Shown piece after piece: positions 26,001-39,951 of a DNA stretch of 64,000 bases. The stretch lies in NCBI RefSeq assembly GCF_006345805.1, contig NC_043003.1, positions 26,908,001 to 26,972,000 of the forward strand. The letters are read 5' to 3'. The notes beneath the pieces were generated by a model. It had not been told where the DNA came from, did no database searches, and saw only the letters and a list, made by a program, of their open reading frames with translations. A program made the translations under genes and the position numbers. How positions within the stretch are numbered: the first letter of the stretch is position 1; every line of letters begins with the position of its first letter. This DNA is from Octopus sinensis. Its lineage: Eukaryota.

Positions 26001-27836
26001 CCAGTATATAAAATTCATGACTCGCTAAAACTAGCAACCCTAAACGAAACATCAAATAATATAACCCGAAGTAAAAGATACGACGGGATGGTCACGACTG
26101 GAGCGCACTTCAACAAAGCTCCATATGCCGAGGCTTAAGACTCTCGAATGTGTTGTTTCTTAAACCTTTTCTTTTTAAAGGTAAGAGGACATCATATTTG
26201 AAGAAGTCGCGACTGCTATTTCTAGCTCGAAAAACGATCACCTAGTAACACTTGCCCGAACTCGATCATGTCATCTACCTTTTATCAACTCGAGTGTGCA
26301 TTTTTACACAATTACAAGACTTTATAGATCTTATCGATATTTCAAGCAGTTTCACTGAACCGTAGCTATTACACACGCACAATTATATATTTTTATTGCT
26401 TTGTTTGTTTCTTTTTCTTGTGTCTACTTGGCGTTTATTTTTTTTCATGTATTTCTCACACAATTATATACGCATGGCTTTATACCCTACATCACACAAA
26501 CACATACACGCATAATGTGTGCGTAAGGACGTGTGTATTAAGCGCCTCAATTAGTTTAGCTCTAGTTTTTTTCTATATATATTCTCTCTAACGTTAACTC
26601 TTTATACTCGTCACTAGTTATTTAACTAAAACCATTCACTCATATTATCTCTCTCTCTCTCTCTAGTCTTAATATTCATTTTTCATAAAATTAAAATGAA
26701 AGTTACCCACAAAAACTACCTTTTTTGATGGGCCGTCACCACAAGCTTTCAGAGTTAAGCTAGAACAGTCTACTTTTACAAGGTGTACGGTCAAAGCAAT
26801 CATAGAGCACGTGGGGAAGATAATTGTTTCACCGTCTTTTTAATTTTCCTTTTCAAAGAAAACTTAAGCAAATAAAAATGTGTAAAAATCAGCTTTAAAC
26901 TTATTCTCTCTCTTTCTCTTGTGGCTATATCACGCAATAGGAAACCGGTTTCAAATTGCAAGTATATAATAACTGCGTCTTTTAAGAACCTACCGACTAG
27001 CACGCATATATTGCTGTTAATTTTTTTTATTTATACGTAGACACAGAAATATATAAGATATCCATGTTAGAAAAAGAAAACAAAACCCGAATAAACGAAA
27101 TTTTATTTCTAAACATCTAAATGAAACCGAGCTTACGAACTTATTGATTTTAAAGTGATTTATTGATCAACTTGCGAAAACAGTAATTCTTGCTCGTTTC
27201 ATTTTACTTTAAGAAAATAAAACTACAAATATTACTCCAAGTTTTAAACTTAAACTGACAAAGCTTACTGGAATGAAAATCATAAAAGTAATTAGACACA
27301 AGACTTAAAACCAATTAGTGGAATATTCAACCCGAATATTCCACTAGTTCTTTTATTATATCGACCACAAAAAGGATGAACGTTGACTTTCGCGGGATTT
27401 GAACTCAAAACCTTACGGAATAGCAAGAAATGCTGCTAAGCATTATATCGAACGCGCCAACGATTCTGCCAGCTGAACCATTTTGGGTTCTTTTCTCTTT
27501 TTCTTTTATAGAAAAAAAAAAATTGCCGCCGTCCGAAAAATAGCCGCAGAAGGGAGAATTTAAGAACAATGAGGGGTATATTTTTGTTCACCCAGCCTCC
27601 GCCAAGCACGCATACAACTACTTTGAAAGTGGAGAAAGGGTTTTGGACGAAACTTATGGTCATCTTTTATATATCTGAGAGAGAGAGAGAGAGAGAGATC
27701 TAAGCACACAGACACACATACCGACACTCAAACGCGCGTGTAGCTTATCTTGTTTTGCTTTCCGTTCACGGTCAGCTGAACATAGCTGAAAGTTAGTCAA
27801 CACACAGACATGTCTACACCTTGTCACCCCGTTACA

Positions 27837-27904
<68 letters not shown>

Positions 27905-30900
27905 TCTATTTCTATCTTGGGTTGTTTAGCGAAGTCAGCGTTGATCGAACAGAGCTATGATTTAAGGCATTCCAGCCGGGACCATCCAGTCTTCGGGGAG
28001 GGAGAGTTTATCTAGGACTACACCGTGTAATGTGTTTATCCCGTTTTCAAGATAACAGGGCATAAGAATGAGGGATATTTGGCTGTTATATCTAACAAGT
28101 TCGAAAGATTTCCCGCGAAGCGATGATTTATTACAAACCACTAAGTAACGTCTTGCGCAATCACGTCCCGTAACTCCAAATATAAAAATACCCCCGTAGA
28201 ATTTTGACTGACGCTCTAACAACTCTGCTAATATCTAGATGAACTTGAAAAATCACACTTGCCCCCCACTGCAGTTTTCTACCGCCTACAAGCGTCTTTG
28301 TAAATGGTACCATTGCCACTTTACAAGTTAAAAATTTAAGCAGTAAGTTGTAATTAAAGAGGTGTCGGTAGGTAGGTAGGCAGACCGGTAAACGCATTCT
28401 TTCTGTGTGTGTGTGTACATGGCTATGCTTAAGTATAGCCATGTACACACACACATTTTTTAAAAAAACTTTATACGTAAGACACATACACATTTCTTCA
28501 TACAACACATCCACAGAGACACAACATACGCAAATATATATTTGCACATTTATGTAAAAACAAGTCAGCCGATATACACTCAGCTAATACAGCCATCCAT
28601 TCACGTAATATACCGGTGTAATTTTCCACACTGAAAACTCGTCCGGCTCACTTAAGTAGTTTTCCATTCAGTAAGAAGAGACGGTATGTATGTATGTATG
28701 TATGTGTGTGTGTGTGTAAAAGGAAAGAAGAAAGGTAGCTTTCTTTTTCTTCTTTTTCAATGACAGAATGATTCATCTATCTTATTCTCCGTGTTCTTCC
28801 TTTCAGAACCCCACGCAACCGTTAGTGCAACATCACAACACACTTTTTTGGCAGCAGTTACAAAGCGGCTCAAAAATGAAAGTTTCGTGCAAGGCACTTA
28901 ATATCATGCACACACACAAATAAACGGGTATGTGTATATGCGCGTGTGTGGTACAGAAAGGAAGTGATAATGATGAAATTAAATCCGACGTGGTTGTGAT
29001 GATATAAGCACAACGTGATGATGAAATAAGCATGACGTAGTGATAAAGCACACTATTTCTGATTTTCGTTTCGCCGGCTTCTAACACACAAACACCCACA
29101 CACAAGCAATACTCTTTTCGATCTCTTCATAATCGATTAAGCTGGGTATAGACAAACAATATTTTAGTTGCAAAGAGCGGAGTTACGGCCAACTCAATTT
29201 CGCACTATTCCAGTTTGGTCGGAGTAGAAAAAATATTTACATGTAATAAATCGAAGAGTAAAAATCTATTTTATTTCAATAAATTCTGGACACTTTTCTT
29301 TCGTTTTACGAGTTACTTCAGCTCCAGGTTAATAAAGAACGTGTATGTGAGAGTGTACACATTATGTATGAGTGTAAAGGAAAAGTACTCCATCTATACA
29401 TGTTAAGTGAGTGTATATGTGTGTATACGAGTGTTCCGGGTAGCGGGGTCTCGTGGGTGCTTTAGGAAATATCTTATTTAAACTATCAAACAGTGGGGGT
29501 GGAAATTAGTCAACCAACCTCAATTCAAAGCCGACGGAATGGCTGGAGGTGATGTGTCGTCATCAGAATAAGAACCAACCGTTTTGGCGATTGAGGGAAA
29601 CAAAGAAAAGGAAGAAAAAAAAAAGAAAGAAAGAAAGAAAAGAGTAAGACAAGAGTGCAAGAGAGAGGAGGCAAGAGATGTAGTCTTTGAAAGGAAGAAC
29701 GATTTACCAGCCGTATCTATTTCCGATAGTTAACAGTCCCAATATCTGCACTTCCTTTTATTTATTATATTTTTTATCATTAAATATACATATGTACCTA
29801 TCGCTCCATCTCCAGTTACCACCACCACCACTGTATCATGAGCCAAACTCTCCATCTCCAAGCTGCCGGAGTGCTAGAAATAATAGCCAAATCTCACATC
29901 ATAAGCTACCGAACTGGGTTAAAAAAAACCTAGAAGATCCTTAGATTACGGAGATCGAATCTATAAAATGGGACGGTTATAATGAGGTAACATCATTGAT
30001 TATAGCTGTCCTGGGATTATACAACGAACTAATCCATCTACCTGTCTTATCTATCTATCAACAAAAATCTTACTATTTAACATATCTAATCTTACACTTT
30101 TTCACAAATCCCGGCTCCATACTAGTTACCTCTCCCCTATATACAAACATCCGTCTTCAGGAGTGCGCAGCTAGCTTGATTACAAGATATGCTAATACTT
30201 ATAACCGGATACTTGTGACGTCATAGTTCAATTGATACAGATATTGGGGGTTATTAACCGTGGACGTTTGCTGCATGAGAACTCGATAGTAGAGTGTTTG
30301 ATAAACATTTTGTTTAATTGAAACTGCATCCTTGTTAATGAAAGCAATTAATATGCAAATAAATAATTCTGGATAAAAATTAGAGGGGAGACAATCCCAA
30401 ATATATATATTATATAAGCCAGATAGATAGATAGATATGAGTCAACAACTCGTCATAACGTAGCTGTTATTCATGATGAGTCATACCCGTTTGAACATAG
30501 ATATCACAGTATCGAATGACACTCAGGTGACAAGTATCAACGTCCTGGCGCCAAAACTTTTTGTGATACACGCAGAAACAATACTTAATATATGTGAGGT
30601 GTATGAATGGGGATCAGGTTCTACCTCTCAGGATGGTCAAGACGAGAGATCTACATATGACTTAAACCCCGGCTCAGTTAAAATAATATATAGCAGAGCC
30701 ACAATCAAAGAAGTTTCAATGAAAACTATCTTGTTTTCTTATTTTAAAATTCAGATATAATGTATCTAGATATACATTATTCGACGTATTCATTTTTAAA
30801 GCCGGCAGGTTGTGATTTGAGGAAGATTCGACTGTTACTTCAAGTAGACCGGTTTGTGCGGTCTACGTATATGAGTGAAGAAATACCGCAAGGTATTCGC

Positions 30901-30997
30901 CTGTCAGACGGTCTTATATTTCCGTCAATCTGCTGCTTCCAAAAGATAAATAGATAGAAAGACACACAATATATTATATATATATATATATATATAT

Positions 30998-31446
30998 ACA
31001 TACATACACACGCATATACATACATATGTAAGAACACACGATATAATAACCTCCACCCCGGCCGAGGTTGTTACAACAAACAAGACGCTCGCTACGTGAG
31101 GATGACGCAACTCAAAAGATGTTAGATCCGGTACGGAACAAGAACGGTAAACAACTCTCACCACCAGCTACTACTTACTACTACCACCACCACCACCACC
31201 ATTGACCAACATTCCCACTCTTTAGGCTTCGCCACACCCATCACCACCACTTATCTGATAAACGATTTATTAAGAATTCAATATGTGGTTTCGCCACGGT
31301 GGCGGCGGTGACGACTACTCGTACGGGAGAGGTCATCCAGTACACAAATAACTAAGAAACAAGTACAAAAAGAAAGGAAAAAAAACGGTCAATATCCTAA
31401 GAGGACGGAATTCGATTTTTCTCTTATTCTTCTAAGTGCTAATATT

Positions 31447-31510
<64 letters not shown>

Positions 31511-31952
31511 CATACACACGCATATACATACATATGTAAGAACACACGATATAATAACCTCCACCCCGGCCGAGGTTGTTACAACAAACAAGACGCTCGC
31601 TACGTGAGGATGACGCAACTCAAAAGATGTTAGATCCGGTACGGAACAAGAACGGTAAACAACTCTCACCACCAGCTACTACTTACTACTACCACCACCA
31701 CCATTGACCAACATAGAAACTCTTTAGGCTTCGCCACACCCATCACCACCACTTATCTGATAAACGATTTATTAAGAATTCAATACGTGGTTTCGCCACG
31801 GTGGCGGCGGTGACGACTACTCGTACGGGAGAGGTCATCCAGTACACAAATAACTAAGAAACAAGTACAAAAAGAAAGAAAGGAAAAAAAACGGTCAATA
31901 TCCTAAGAGGACGGAATTCGATTTTTCTCTTATTCTTCTAAGTGCTAATATT

Positions 31953-31953
<1 letters not shown>
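30998..31953. repeat. ~508-bp tandem duplication in KLF intron 1
   Basis: Two near-identical units bounded by (CA)n(TA)n. Identical spurious ORFs start at 31164 and 31672. Confidence 0.9.
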
Positions 31954-32003
<50 letters not shown>

Positions 32004-35000
32004 TAAATAGCCATCACCCCTTATTGTTGACCAGCGTGTTGTTTCACGACTCATCTTTCGGGGTTAGCTGCTATTATTGGGGTGAGGATGGGAAGTAAGG
32101 AGTCGGTTGAAAAGGAATTTGCGTGACCACGTCCCCACCACCAAAACGTAAAATAATGACCGTTGAGTCTTTTTCTACTTTACAGAATCCACCCAGATCA
32201 AGCATTCCATCCGATCATTTTGTAGTAGGGAGGAGGAAAGGAAATATGGGAGTGCGTTAATGTATTTATTTTTTGCAGAACATCTAGGTGAATTGGAGGC
32301 AGGTTAACCTGTTTCGATTTTCGTTCTGAAAAAACAATAGCGTCGTTTATTATAAGCGACGCTATTGTTCACTATAGCGATCTAGATTTGTCTAACACGG
32401 GCAGAGATTTTCGCTCAAACGAACAAGATCACTGATAGATTTTCTTCCATCGATCTGTACAACTTTATAATGGGATCTCCGATTTCGACGTGAAGTAGAT
32501 CGAACTTGTGCACCCAGTTTTATTAGCAAGGCATGAGTCGGCTCGGCCTAGCTAGTTACACATGGGTTAAGAAAGAGAGAGAGAGAGAAAAACCACTGCA
32601 CTTTTTGCCCCCCATGTACTGCAATTTAGGCGTTTCAGATAGGAGTGATCTATTGTGTGGTTGCTAGGGGTAGAAGTAGGGAGTCAAACGGGTGTAATAG
32701 GTATTTATTATCGCATATAATAAAATTACACGTGGCCTTCCAACAAACAATTTGCACCCGGCTCCCAAACTCGTCACCTCAATCGCCTACCCGTCCGTCC
32801 AATCTTACTCAGCAACCCCCTATAAGATAAAAGGATTGACTTTTGCTTCAAAAAGAATCAAAAATCATTTTCATGACCATACACAAAATTATATATATTT
32901 ATATATATACACATACAAAAACAAAAAAAAATCACTCCCATTTTCCCTAAAAGTCTATTAAAAACAATTTACAATTAATAAATGGATTTATTTATAAATG
33001 AGGAAGAAAATCATCTATTTTACTGGACCCACGTGGTCAGAGACAAAATCTCTCACACCATATCACGCTACGCTAGTCAGATCATGTCCTCCCCCCTCAA
33101 TCCAGCTCCCTACCTCGGCTTATAATTCGATCAGGTGTTAATCGAGGTTATAGTAGTTTTAGATCCGGATCAAACTACTCCAGCAGTGACCGTAACAAGA
33201 TTTTTTTATTTTGCTTTTTAAACTTTTAAAAACGGTAAGATGCCTTAAGGAGGACTTAACTGCTATTTCTAGCTGGCCGAGCGACTACATAGAGAATCCC
33301 CGAGTTTGATCGTTAGTTTAGGCGGCGTGTTGTTGAGAAAAAGAGAGAGAGAAAATGATAGCGATACCATGTGTGCGTTGTATGAATGAAAAGCTGAGCG
33401 AGGGAGAAATAGGATGAGTGAAAGAAAGAGGAAATAAAGAAATACAGAGAGGGACAGAGAAAGAAACAACCAGAAGGAGGAAGGGGAGGGGTATACTCGC
33501 TTCAGTGATTTCTCCGTCGTCAGTTTCTATATTTAGGATATTCTAGTGGTGACGTCATCACCAGTTGCACCAATCAAAAAGCAGTATGACTAAGGCTCCG
33601 CCTACAGGTTTTATGTGCGCGCAAAAACACGTTGGGACCTTTCTACGTCGTCGCCTTCCCCACCATCACGAAGCTTCGCACTATAAATTTCGCATAAACA
33701 ATTTATATGTATCTATCTACATATCTCTCTATATTTTAAACAGATGTCTTATAAACCTCAACCTATCTATCCATCTATCTAATTATCTATTTTCCTACGC
33801 GTGTGTATATTCTATTTACCCATCTAGGTTTTAAATATCCAGTCTATCTATCTATCTATATGGGATTTAAAACAAAATTTAACCCGTGTATTCTAAATGT
33901 CTGTAAATGTGTAATGTTTACAAACGTATATTTATTGAGGTGTTAATTTAGTAGTGAAATCCTCATCGCATTTTTTTTACTTCATCCTCCCCCAGATGGA
34001 TGGATTAAAGGTAAAAGACGAAAACCCCCCCATCCTCCCCAGAGGTATTTGAACTTAGGCGAGGAATCGAACTACCTACCGGGTAAGGAAACCCGTTAAA
34101 GAAAGAAAGAAGAAAAAAAAAACGAAACAAAAATAAAAAAAATAAAACAAAGAAAAGTTGTTAAAGATAATGGAATTTAGCGGAGACGTAGTGAGGTAGT
34201 AGCAGTGGTAGTAGTGTTAGAAGTTTAAGTGGTGGTAGGAGAGGCGGTGAAAGTAGAGAGTGTAACCTTCGAAAAAGTTTGCGTGAATGAAAACTAGTTT
34301 TGTTTTGATATCTACCGATGTTTAAACACTCATACACTCACACACACAAGTACTACATACATAAAACGGCTTTTTGGTCATTATTTTACTATATTTTATC
34401 AAGATCTACTTGAAATTTGGCTGTTATGTCTACGTCTAAACAGGTGAGAGGGGGGGACTGCGATGAGGGTCTGTTTGACTAGGAGATCTCGAAGGGTTTC
34501 ATTCAATCTGGTATAATTTTATCCAGTGAAGGGGTCAACCTGCCCCGCTCTCATTCATTCCGTCTCTTCGCCATATCCGTCGGGATCGAGTGGGGGAAAA
34601 GTTATAAAATCCTTAATCCTACAGTGAAGGAATGATTGCCGTAGATATTTACCAATTGATGTAAATAATAAACACAACAAACATTGGATGTTTTGAAATT
34701 AAAATGAAAATTAAAACAAATCTCCTAAGCTGAGATAAACCGCTTTGATTCGGATTAAGGAACAGTCAGCTGATCAAAACACGCGTAAAAAAATAAAAAT
34801 AAAAATAAGGGGTCTCTAACATAATCCCGCTATTTGTTTTTCTTCTTTTTAATCCTTATGGTCCGATAGTATGCTCACCTATTTTGCAATCACGCCATCA
34901 TCGAACCCTTTTCGCATCTTTCGATAGTTTTGTATTGGCATGTGAAGCGGTTTAAAGAGGATTAACGAAATTTGAACGTCGTTCTGGGGAGGGTGTTAGG

Positions 35001-36502
35001 GCATTAATTACTAGACATGGGGGTAAATTCCAACTACGTTTAATAATTAATTGATGCACTTGATTAAATTGTTTATTAATTAATTTTTTTTTTGCCATGC
35101 TTTATCAATCTTCTTTTTTAATCTGTCGATCGACATGTACGTCTGCGCGCATGCGTGCGCGTGTGTGTGCGCGCATGCTTCTTTTCATGTGTAGTTTGTT
35201 TACTACGTTAAAAACTCTTTCGCACGTCCAAGCGCGCATATAATGAATGCATGTTTTGATGAAAGGCCCCCCAGGTTCAAATCTAGAGTTGCCCACCGTC
35301 CACTGACCAAAATAATAAAAAAAAAAAATCATTCATAACAAACAGCACATTGTAATAAACTCACGCTTATATACACATGTATATAAGTATACGTACATGC
35401 TTATACACAAACATAACACCCCACCTCTCCTGCTTCCACGAAAGACATTTTAGAAAATTAAAGAGAAAATAATAATAAGGCAGTCCTTAAGTTTCCACCA
35501 CTGAACCACGAGCCAAAGTAACTTCCTTGGGGGATGTTGCAAAGTCAGCCTGACCCTCGGCGGGATTCGAACTGATACCGCCAGGCGACACAACTAAACG
35601 TTAAAACAACCACCAGGCAATTACTAACCCGATCGTGATCGACACAAGGGCCAGACTTTTGAGAAAGGAAAATAATCGCTTAAATTCACTTCCTCAGTAT
35701 ATAACTGGTATTGAACTAGGAGTAACAACAACAATGATTATTAGAAATTAAATTTTAATTTCAGTTTCGAGCAAAAGAAAAAAAAATGAAACGAAAACAA
35801 ATTTCTTCTTAAGTATAATATTTAATAAACATAGTTGCTTATAATGCTGTTGTTGTTGTTGACGATATGAGCAGCTAGCTCTCCCAGTTTTAAGGTAGAT
35901 GGTACTTGAGGACTACCAAATATTTTAATGAAACAAAACGAAAATAAAGGCATAACTATAGTTTAGAGCCCCAACAAATTTATTGCTTTACAACTTTTTA
36001 TAAAATGCATATTTTCAAATAAAATTTTGTAGAGATACTCTCTCGCGAATAGATTATGATTACAATAACATTTAAAAAAACAAAAAACAAAAAAAAAGGT
36101 GTAAGAGTTTCGGATCATTCTTCCCGCTTCTGACTTTTGTTTCCTTATAAACTCTTTAAAATGCATATTTTTTAATGAAATTTTGCAGGAATACGCCTTG
36201 AGAGTGTAGATTACATTATGTTGATGTTTCAAGTATATAAAAGTAAAAAAAAAGAGGAAACTGCTTAAAGTAATGGAAATTGGTGTTAGAGCTATCCAAA
36301 ACTTTTCCAAAATCTTTTTAAAGAATTTTACCAACACATTTATATTCTATATCCTCGAAAGCATACCTCAGTAAACTTTCATTAAAAAATATGCACATTA
36401 CAGAAAGTTATAAGGAAACAAAATTTAGGGGCATCAAACTGTAGTTATGCCATTAATAAATCTCAAAATTAGACCGTTGTATCTCGGCCGTTCTCTACTT
36501 AC

Positions 36503-36625
36503 TTGTGGCCAACCGTTTCCAACTGCTGCTGAAGCAACATCTACAGAGAACTGGAGATCATCCTTGTCTGGAACTATCTGATCATCAAAAGGTGCCTGCT
36601 CCACTTTGTAGTAACTATTAGCCAT
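36503..36625 (-). CDS. KLF5: KLF5-like transcription factor, coding exon 1 (MANSYYKVEQ...GNGWPQ, 41 aa)
   Basis: ATG at 36625 is the first ATG after the TATA/Inr. The exon is 123 nt and ends CAA|gtaagt (phase 0), matching the phase-0 acceptor at 23068. Confidence 0.8.
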
Positions 36626-37318
36626 CCCAGTTAAAAGAACTTTGTGTGTGTGTATATATATATATATATCTTAAGACTGATCAGAAAAACAAATCCCAAA
36701 AATTTTAATATATAAATCCGATTTTGAGAGGAAAAAGAGAAATAATCAAAGCGTTTAGCTAACTTTTAAAACTTAGTTTCTTCTGTTTATGAAAAATAAA
36801 TTAAATGATATATATATATATATGTCAATTTATATTTATATATATATATGTTTGGGTTAAGTTCCTTTAGAAGATAGGATTTGTCAAAATTTTGATTTGT
36901 AAATTTTTTATACAAGTCAAATAAACGTGGTTTTTTTTCGTTGATTCGTTCGGAGAAAATATATTCCTCTTTGGAAAAATTTATAAAGATATAAAAGACA
37001 AAACAATTAAGTTCTGTAAAATGCGTCCGTTTATATATATGTTATATTTAAATATAATTCCGTAGAAAATGTAAATAAATATATATGTGAATCCTCAAAA
37101 TGCAGGTTTGCTTAAAAAATCCTCGAATGAAAAAGTGAAAATTAAAAATTTGGAGAAATAGTTAAGTTCTATGATGGATAAAAGATATATATGTATATAT
37201 TTTTCTTTCTGTCTGTTGATTGTTCGCGAGTGTTCAAGTTTGTTTACGATACTTGTGTATTTTGAGTAAAGAAGTAGAAAAAGGCGAAGCGCCTCGCACG
37301 CTAGTTTTGCTTGCGACT
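36626..37318 (-). other. Predicted 5' UTR of the KLF gene
   Basis: 693 nt between the Inr and the ATG. No ATG found on the minus strand by eye despite high AT content. Confidence 0.65.
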
Positions 37319-37351
37319 GAATTGATATGAAAACCGGAGTCATTTTATATA
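37315..37351 (-). promoter_or_regulatory. KLF core promoter: TATA box plus initiator
   Basis: Minus-strand TATAAAA starts at 37349 and TCAGTC has its A at 37318, which is the canonical -31 spacing. Confidence 0.75.
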
Positions 37352-38019
37352 GTTTGAATGCGTGTGGCAACAAAGAAGACGAATAGAGAGAGGGAGAGCG
37401 AGAGGAGAGAGAATGACGAAAGATTACAATGAGAGTGAGCAGCGAGTGACGTACGATAACGAGAGAGGAGGAGGAGTGACTGCTGCGTAATGTAGATAAA
37501 TATAGAATCAACAGGGGCAGGGGGTTGGATTGCTATCACCGCCGTCGCCACTATCACAACAACTGTAGTAAACACATGAAGGGGAAGAGGGTGGCGAGCA
37601 GGGGGGAAGGTGGTGGTGTTAGCGTAATCGAAGCTTCGAGAAGGAGGAGGGAGAGAGAAACTTTAATAGTAAATAAATAAATAAATAAATAAATGAATAA
37701 ACAAGAGGGAATGGGTGGGGGGTGGGGTGGGGGGACGTCGTTGTCGTGTGACGACGACGGAGTTAGGACGGGGGAGAGTAAGAAGCAAAAGGTATCAAGG
37801 TGAGCGGGGCGGGAAGAGGTGGGCAGGAGTAGAGAGGAGAATAAACTGTGCGGCGGGGATTTGTTATTTTAAAAATAGAATTTTAATCAGGGTGGATGTG
37901 CGCGGGCGCGACGATGTGAGTGTGGACTTCGAGTGTGTTTATTTGAATATGTGTATATTGGGTGCCTATGTGCGCCGAGTGCGTATCGGCACTTTGCGAG
38001 AGGGTGTTTATGTGTGTAT

Positions 38020-38023
38020 TAGA

Positions 38024-38054
<31 letters not shown>

Positions 38055-38394
38055 TGTATGTATGTATGTATGTATTTATGTATGTATATTTGTATGTATG
38101 TATGTATGTATGTATTGATTGATTGATTGATTCTAGTTTCAGCTCACGAGCTGTGGCCATGCTGGGGCACCGCCATGTATGTATATATTTATGTATGTAT
38201 GTATGTATTGATTGATTGATTGATTCTAGTTTCAGCTCACGAGCTGTGGCCATGCTGGGGCACCGCCATGTATGTATATATTTATGTATGTATGTATGTT
38301 TGCATGTATGTATATATTTATGTATGTATATTTGTATGTATGTATGATTGTATGTATATGTGTATGTATGTATGTACATATATATGTATGTATG

Positions 38395-38427
<33 letters not shown>

Positions 38428-38523
38428 ACATTGCCTGTAACTGTTTATTTGAATATATGTCTATCGTAAACTTAGAATGTTTATTAGGAAATGTGAGTAC
38501 ACACACACTCACACACACACACT

Positions 38524-38576
<53 letters not shown>

Positions 38577-38832
38577 GTTTGTATATATGTATATATGTGT
38601 GTGCGTGTTTGTCTTCTGTGACAGTTCGTTTATCGGCCTGTGTGTGTGTATGTGTTTGAAGTCAAGTCGATGAAGTGTCTTCGATGATGAATCTTCATAT
38701 ACCAAGTATGTGAGTGTATGTGTGTGTGTGTGTGAGTGTTTTGTTTACATCAAAGTGCACATCCATACACACACGCACTTAAGTATATATAAATGTATAT
38801 ATATATGTATGTATAAATATATATGTATATAC

Positions 38833-38912
<80 letters not shown>

Positions 38913-39608
38913 ATACATATATATGTACACATGCATACGTACAAACATAATATATATATATGTATATATATATATATGTGTGTGTGTCTATGAAAATATC
39001 AATGTGTTTATATCGTATGTTTACAGTCGTTATAGCGTCCCTACTATATATATGTGTGTGTGTTCCTGTGTGTGTGTGTGCGTGCGTGTATGTATCTTTC
39101 TAGCTACCTATGTCATCTTCCTATACATACACACACACACACATACATACATGCATACATACATACATACATACATACATACATACATACATACATACAT
39201 ACATACATACATACATACATACATACGTGTGTTGATAGAGAGAGTGAGAGACTGAGAACGTATTCATGTGTTCTCTTTCTCTCCATCAGTACATATTTTC
39301 ATATTTGTGAAGGTTTCCCGTTTGTATACTCGTATATCGTTCATTGTGTGTGTGTGTGTGTGTGCGTGTGTGTGTGTATGTACCTCCGGGTATGAGCGCT
39401 TGAGTTTCGTGTTAGTGTATGAAAGCCTACTACGCCACCCTCTCTCTCTCTCTTTCTCTCTCTCTCCATACATACACACACACACATATACACACACATA
39501 CACACACACACACACAAATATACATGCACATATACATGTATGTATGTATGTTTACGTTAGTGTTGTATTTTATAAGTTATTCGGTGTGAATATTTGTGTT
39601 TATTCCAG

Positions 39609-39660
<52 letters not shown>

Positions 39661-39749
39661 TGTTTTGTTTTATTGTTTTATCAAATGTGTGTGTCAGTGT
39701 AACTTGACACACACACACACACTCACTCACACACACTCACTCACACACT

Positions 39750-39800
<51 letters not shown>

Positions 39801-39895
39801 TATATATTTTTTTTACCTTTTCTTATTTTGTATCGGCGGAAAGTTACAAGTGACTCGAGGAAAGAAAGTTTTATTATATTACACTTATCAAAACT

Positions 39896-39951
<56 letters not shown>

